A DNA stretch of 37,690 nucleotides. It comes from Catajapyx aquilonaris (lineage: Eukaryota). The position numbers were made by a program, and so were the translations under genes. The notes beneath the pieces were generated by a model. The model had not been told where the DNA came from and searched no databases. It saw nothing but the letters and a program-made list of their open reading frames with translations. Where the stretch lies: the NCBI GenBank assembly GCA_000934665.2, contig KZ538991.1, positions 1 to 37,690 on the forward strand. The letters are read 5' to 3'. The first letter of the stretch is position 1; each line of letters starts with the position of its first letter. Positions 36,581-37,690 of this stretch are shown here, piece by piece.

Positions 36581-36765
36581 CAGTAAAACCCCTGTTGTTG
36601 GACACCCCTATATGTTGGACACCCCTGTATGTTGGACATTTTTGATGGAACCGTGGAAAAGCCTATCCATTTGTATGGGCACATTAGCTCTTAAGTTGGA
36701 CACCCCTCTATCCTGGAAGTTGGACCCTTTTTGTCACCTAAGTTGGACAGGTACTATGAACCGCA
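36581..36765 (+). mobile_element. pogo/Tigger-like MITE fragment with repeated GTTGGACACCCCT
   Basis: TA-CAGTAAAACCCCTG start followed by about six GTTGGAC(ACCCCT) motifs; no right TIR identified. Confidence 0.6.
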
Positions 36766-37690
36766 CAAAGAATGTCCGCAAGATTCTTCGTTCATCCTGG
36801 CGGCTAGGCAATCCATTGCACAGGTGTGTACACACACGTGTGTGTGTACGTCCGTGCTTATCTGCTGGTTTTTTTTAAATAAGAATAAAATATTTATAAT
36901 TGATTTCTGGAGAAAATATTTTTTTGAAATTAGCATGTTTACCATGACGGTTATATTAATTGCGAAATGTGAGCATTTTGACCAAAATAGGCAAGATTGG
37001 AGATTTTTTTGAAAGTGACTGTACCATTAAATAAGGTAAATTTATGCATTACATAACAGTGCATTATTCCAAAAGCATGAGTTTAAAATTATATCATATT
37101 GGTTCTCTGAACAGTTCCCGAAATATACTCATTGAAAGCAATGGAAAAAGTGCATCTCCCCGTGATTTTGGTAATAAATTTAATAAATTTGGTAATAATA
37201 TTAACATCTCGATGGATTAATTTAATCTCGTAAAACTGATTACTCCATAAGAGTTCAATATTGGATGAGGGCTTCACATATATTTTTTTCAAAAAAATCG
37301 ATGACTCTGACTTGACACCTTTTTTCACTCACTGGCTGATCTGAAATGGAACCACCCTGATTTGTATTAATTCTAGATGTCATCAGAAAGCCACACTGGT
37401 CACTTAAGTTTCATTTTTTGCTGATGCAATAATTGTTTATGATTTCAATCCAAACATGTATCGACTTATATTACTAGAGTAGTCTGTGTAGTTTCATCTG
37501 AACTGAAACAGCTGTTATTTTGTGTTGGCCATAACTATGCATTGACCTGTTATTTAGTTTTTGGGACATGGTTCAGTATCATTTACAGGTGTTGAATATT
37601 GTATTTTTTTTTGTCCAGAGTTTTATCCGGAGCTCAAATGACTTACTTGGAGTCCTTAATTTTTAACTTGCTGAGTTGAGCCATATTTAA

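Noticed and set aside
36590..36750. CRISPR-like spaced repeats (GTTGGACACCCCT)
   Set aside because: Short, irregularly spaced subterminal transposon repeats in eukaryotic DNA; no cas genes. The same applies to the TGTTACAACCGACCCC repeats at 13870-14600.

Overview
Eukaryotic, AT-rich, repeat-dense genomic window, probably an arthropod/insect (inferred from gene structure and SINE style); it contains short N gaps. Two spliced protein-coding genes lie on the + strand. (1) A complete 7-exon STRAP/UNRIP (Drosophila wmd) WD40 gene, CDS 12692-24650, about 331 aa. (2) A BAR+RhoGAP gene of the ARHGAP17/ARHGAP44/SH3BP1 (RhoGAP92B/RICH) family, from 28499 to about 34780. The RhoGAP gene keeps its GAP catalytic motifs, but the canonical N-terminal BAR helices appear replaced or heavily remodelled by a GC-rich exon with a basic NLS-like start and an Ala-rich body. 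It also has four short stop-free introns whose lengths are multiples of 3. The rest is mostly transposon debris: hAT, Tc1/mariner, pogo-like and Harbinger MITEs (several nested in STRAP introns), two tRNA-derived SINEs with TSDs, mariner/Tc1 transposase remnants, a TIR element carrying a THAP-like fragment, palindromes and microsatellites. All calls come from reading the sequence by eye; no searches were run.
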